Below are positions 62,501 to 64,000 of a stretch of DNA of 64,000 bases, in pieces. Origin of the DNA: Convolutriloba macropyga (lineage: Eukaryota). How positions within the stretch are numbered: position 1 is the first letter of the stretch; the number at the start of each line of letters is the position of its first letter. The position numbers and the translations under genes were made by a program. The notes under the pieces were generated by a model, which was not told the origin of the DNA, ran no database searches, and saw only the letters and a program-made list of their open reading frames with translations. Location: positions 16,616,001-16,680,000 of the forward strand of contig NC_134469.1 in NCBI RefSeq assembly GCF_964194025.1, given 5' to 3'.

Positions 62501-64000
62501 TATAACAAAAAGAAGTATATAACAAAAAGAATTACAAAAACAGGCAAAACTGTAAAATCACTGATAGTTTTTAAAGACAAAGTCAAGTTATAAACATTAG
62601 AAATGAATAGAAAAAATTAAATATCTTCAATTATACCTATTTAGAGAGCCAAGGAGACCATTCATATCCTAGACTAAGAAGCAGGACAACAAAAAAGCCT
62701 AAAAATGGCAAAAAGGTATATACCATTTATGAAAAAATGTGGTCAAATTAGTAGTACGATAAAATACTTTTCTATCTTCAAGACCAGAAACTTAAAAATT
62801 TATTTGCACACCAAGTTAAACGCAGAAAAAAATCAACGCCTAAGACTACACACTTTTTCGCTCTTTTTATTACGTCGGAGCGACGAAAATAACCAATACA
62901 AATTGAATGTGATCACCGCAATTTGACTTCAGTAAACTGTTGCATAAGAAAATATAGCCGCAAGACTATGAAAATTAACTATGACTAGAATTTCACTCTA
63001 GTCTCACTAAATGAAACAAATCAATTATACAAACGAAATCAACTGCTGACCATTACGAAAAAAAACATGAGAAGAAGACTGACAACCTTTAAAAACTTTT
63101 CACCAGTTGCGATTCCTAGGAAAGCAGTTGTAACAGTGTTAATTGAGCAACAGACAAATGAGACAAATTAAAAAGCTGCAGTTGATAAAGAGAAAAAGAG
63201 TTGAAAATAATTCAAAAACTGCTAACATTTTACATAATCTCTACAAAATTCTACGTCCAAACAATCGTTCTATAAGGACTTGAAAAACTGACTGTTCCAT
63301 CAATGACCCACTCAAAACCCAATAAACACGCACTAGTCCACTCAAATAGGCAAAAAGCAAAATCCTAAAAAAAATTTCAAATTGTTTCATGTAGCAGTGA
63401 AAACAGCCCCATCTAACAATCAAGCGCTTCTTCATAGTAAAAAAAATCTCGAAAAAAAAACTTTTCTCTAGAAAAAATCTAAAAGAATGAATAAGATAAA
63501 CTATATCAAAAGTCTAAAACAAGAAATAGGCGAATATTAAACCACAAAGAAAAGGGTTAAACTTCAATTCTTTCCGCTTTTAAAAACAGTCAAAATTAAC
63601 ACCGATAAACCAAAAACGTAACTATAAAATATCAAATTCGGCCTTTAGCCAGGGCATTAACATAGTCTTACCAAATTATAAATCAGGTCAAACAATTGGG
63701 AAATCGGATAAAACGGCAAAATGACGAAAACAGCCCAAAATTGTATAACAGCCGGCAGATTGCCGGGATAGCTGCAAAGGAATTGACTAGCGTGCCGTAA
63801 AATACAGAGAAACAGAATTGGAAAAAGTTATCTCGGCCAACTGTTATTCAAAGGGGTGTACATTTGAGAACAATTTTGGATGCAAAATTTTTAACGAAGC
63901 AAAGGTTCCAACCCCCAACTCCCGGCGTAAGAACCGGTTGCATTAACCACTAGGCTACATGTCCCTTATGCTCTCTTATATTACCAGCACCTTTGTTTTA

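Larger units (their letters stand above)
56144..64000. repeat. Kb-scale tandem duplications upstream of the MED23 exon (3.13-kb unit; 1.9-kb sub-duplication 59725-61613 / 61621 onward)
   Basis: Near-identical spurious ORFs recur at 57302, 60435 and 62331 (offsets 3133 and 1896); junction actatatca-actatatca at ~61605-61622. Confidence 0.92.

Noticed and set aside
57302-63435. Recurrent 63-64-aa ORFs (MRNSG..., MKKRL...) suggesting a small gene family
   Set aside because: Their identity is explained by recent segmental duplication; there are no domains, splice signals or coding-like composition.
1-64000. Autonomous transposon (Rep/helicase, transposase, reverse transcriptase)
   Set aside because: No ORF with such motifs is present, so the Helentron assignment rests on terminal structure and insertion pattern only.

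Overview
This is AT-rich eukaryotic DNA, probably from an invertebrate animal, and not prokaryotic. Four intron-containing genes lie head-to-tail on the minus strand. (1) An HP1/chromobox gene, about 345 aa, whose hinge exon is tandemly duplicated (8792-19118). (2) Serine hydroxymethyltransferase, 5 exons, 569 aa, with a mitochondrial-presequence-like N-terminus and a second in-frame ATG (24181-35748). (3) La/SSB RNA-binding protein, 5 exons, 468 aa (39942-42731). (4) The 3.35-kb terminal coding exon of Mediator subunit MED23 (49803-53153); its upstream exons were not found in the window. One orphan tail-anchored ORF lies on the + strand (2316-3014). I placed exon boundaries by hand from GT-AG sites and checked them for phase. 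Introns and intergenic DNA are dominated by at least four families of non-autonomous Helentron/HINE-like elements. Each has a hairpin plus subterminal inverted repeat (subTIR) at one end, a palindromic subTIR at the other, and inserts into A/T runs without a target-site duplication (TSD). All copies I recognised point the same way, and they repeatedly nest in the same subterminal A-run of a host element. Several kb-scale tandem duplications with templated junction inserts copy exons or splice sites. No Rep/helicase or other transposase ORF is visible. Most short ORFs in the track are spurious repeat-derived frames.
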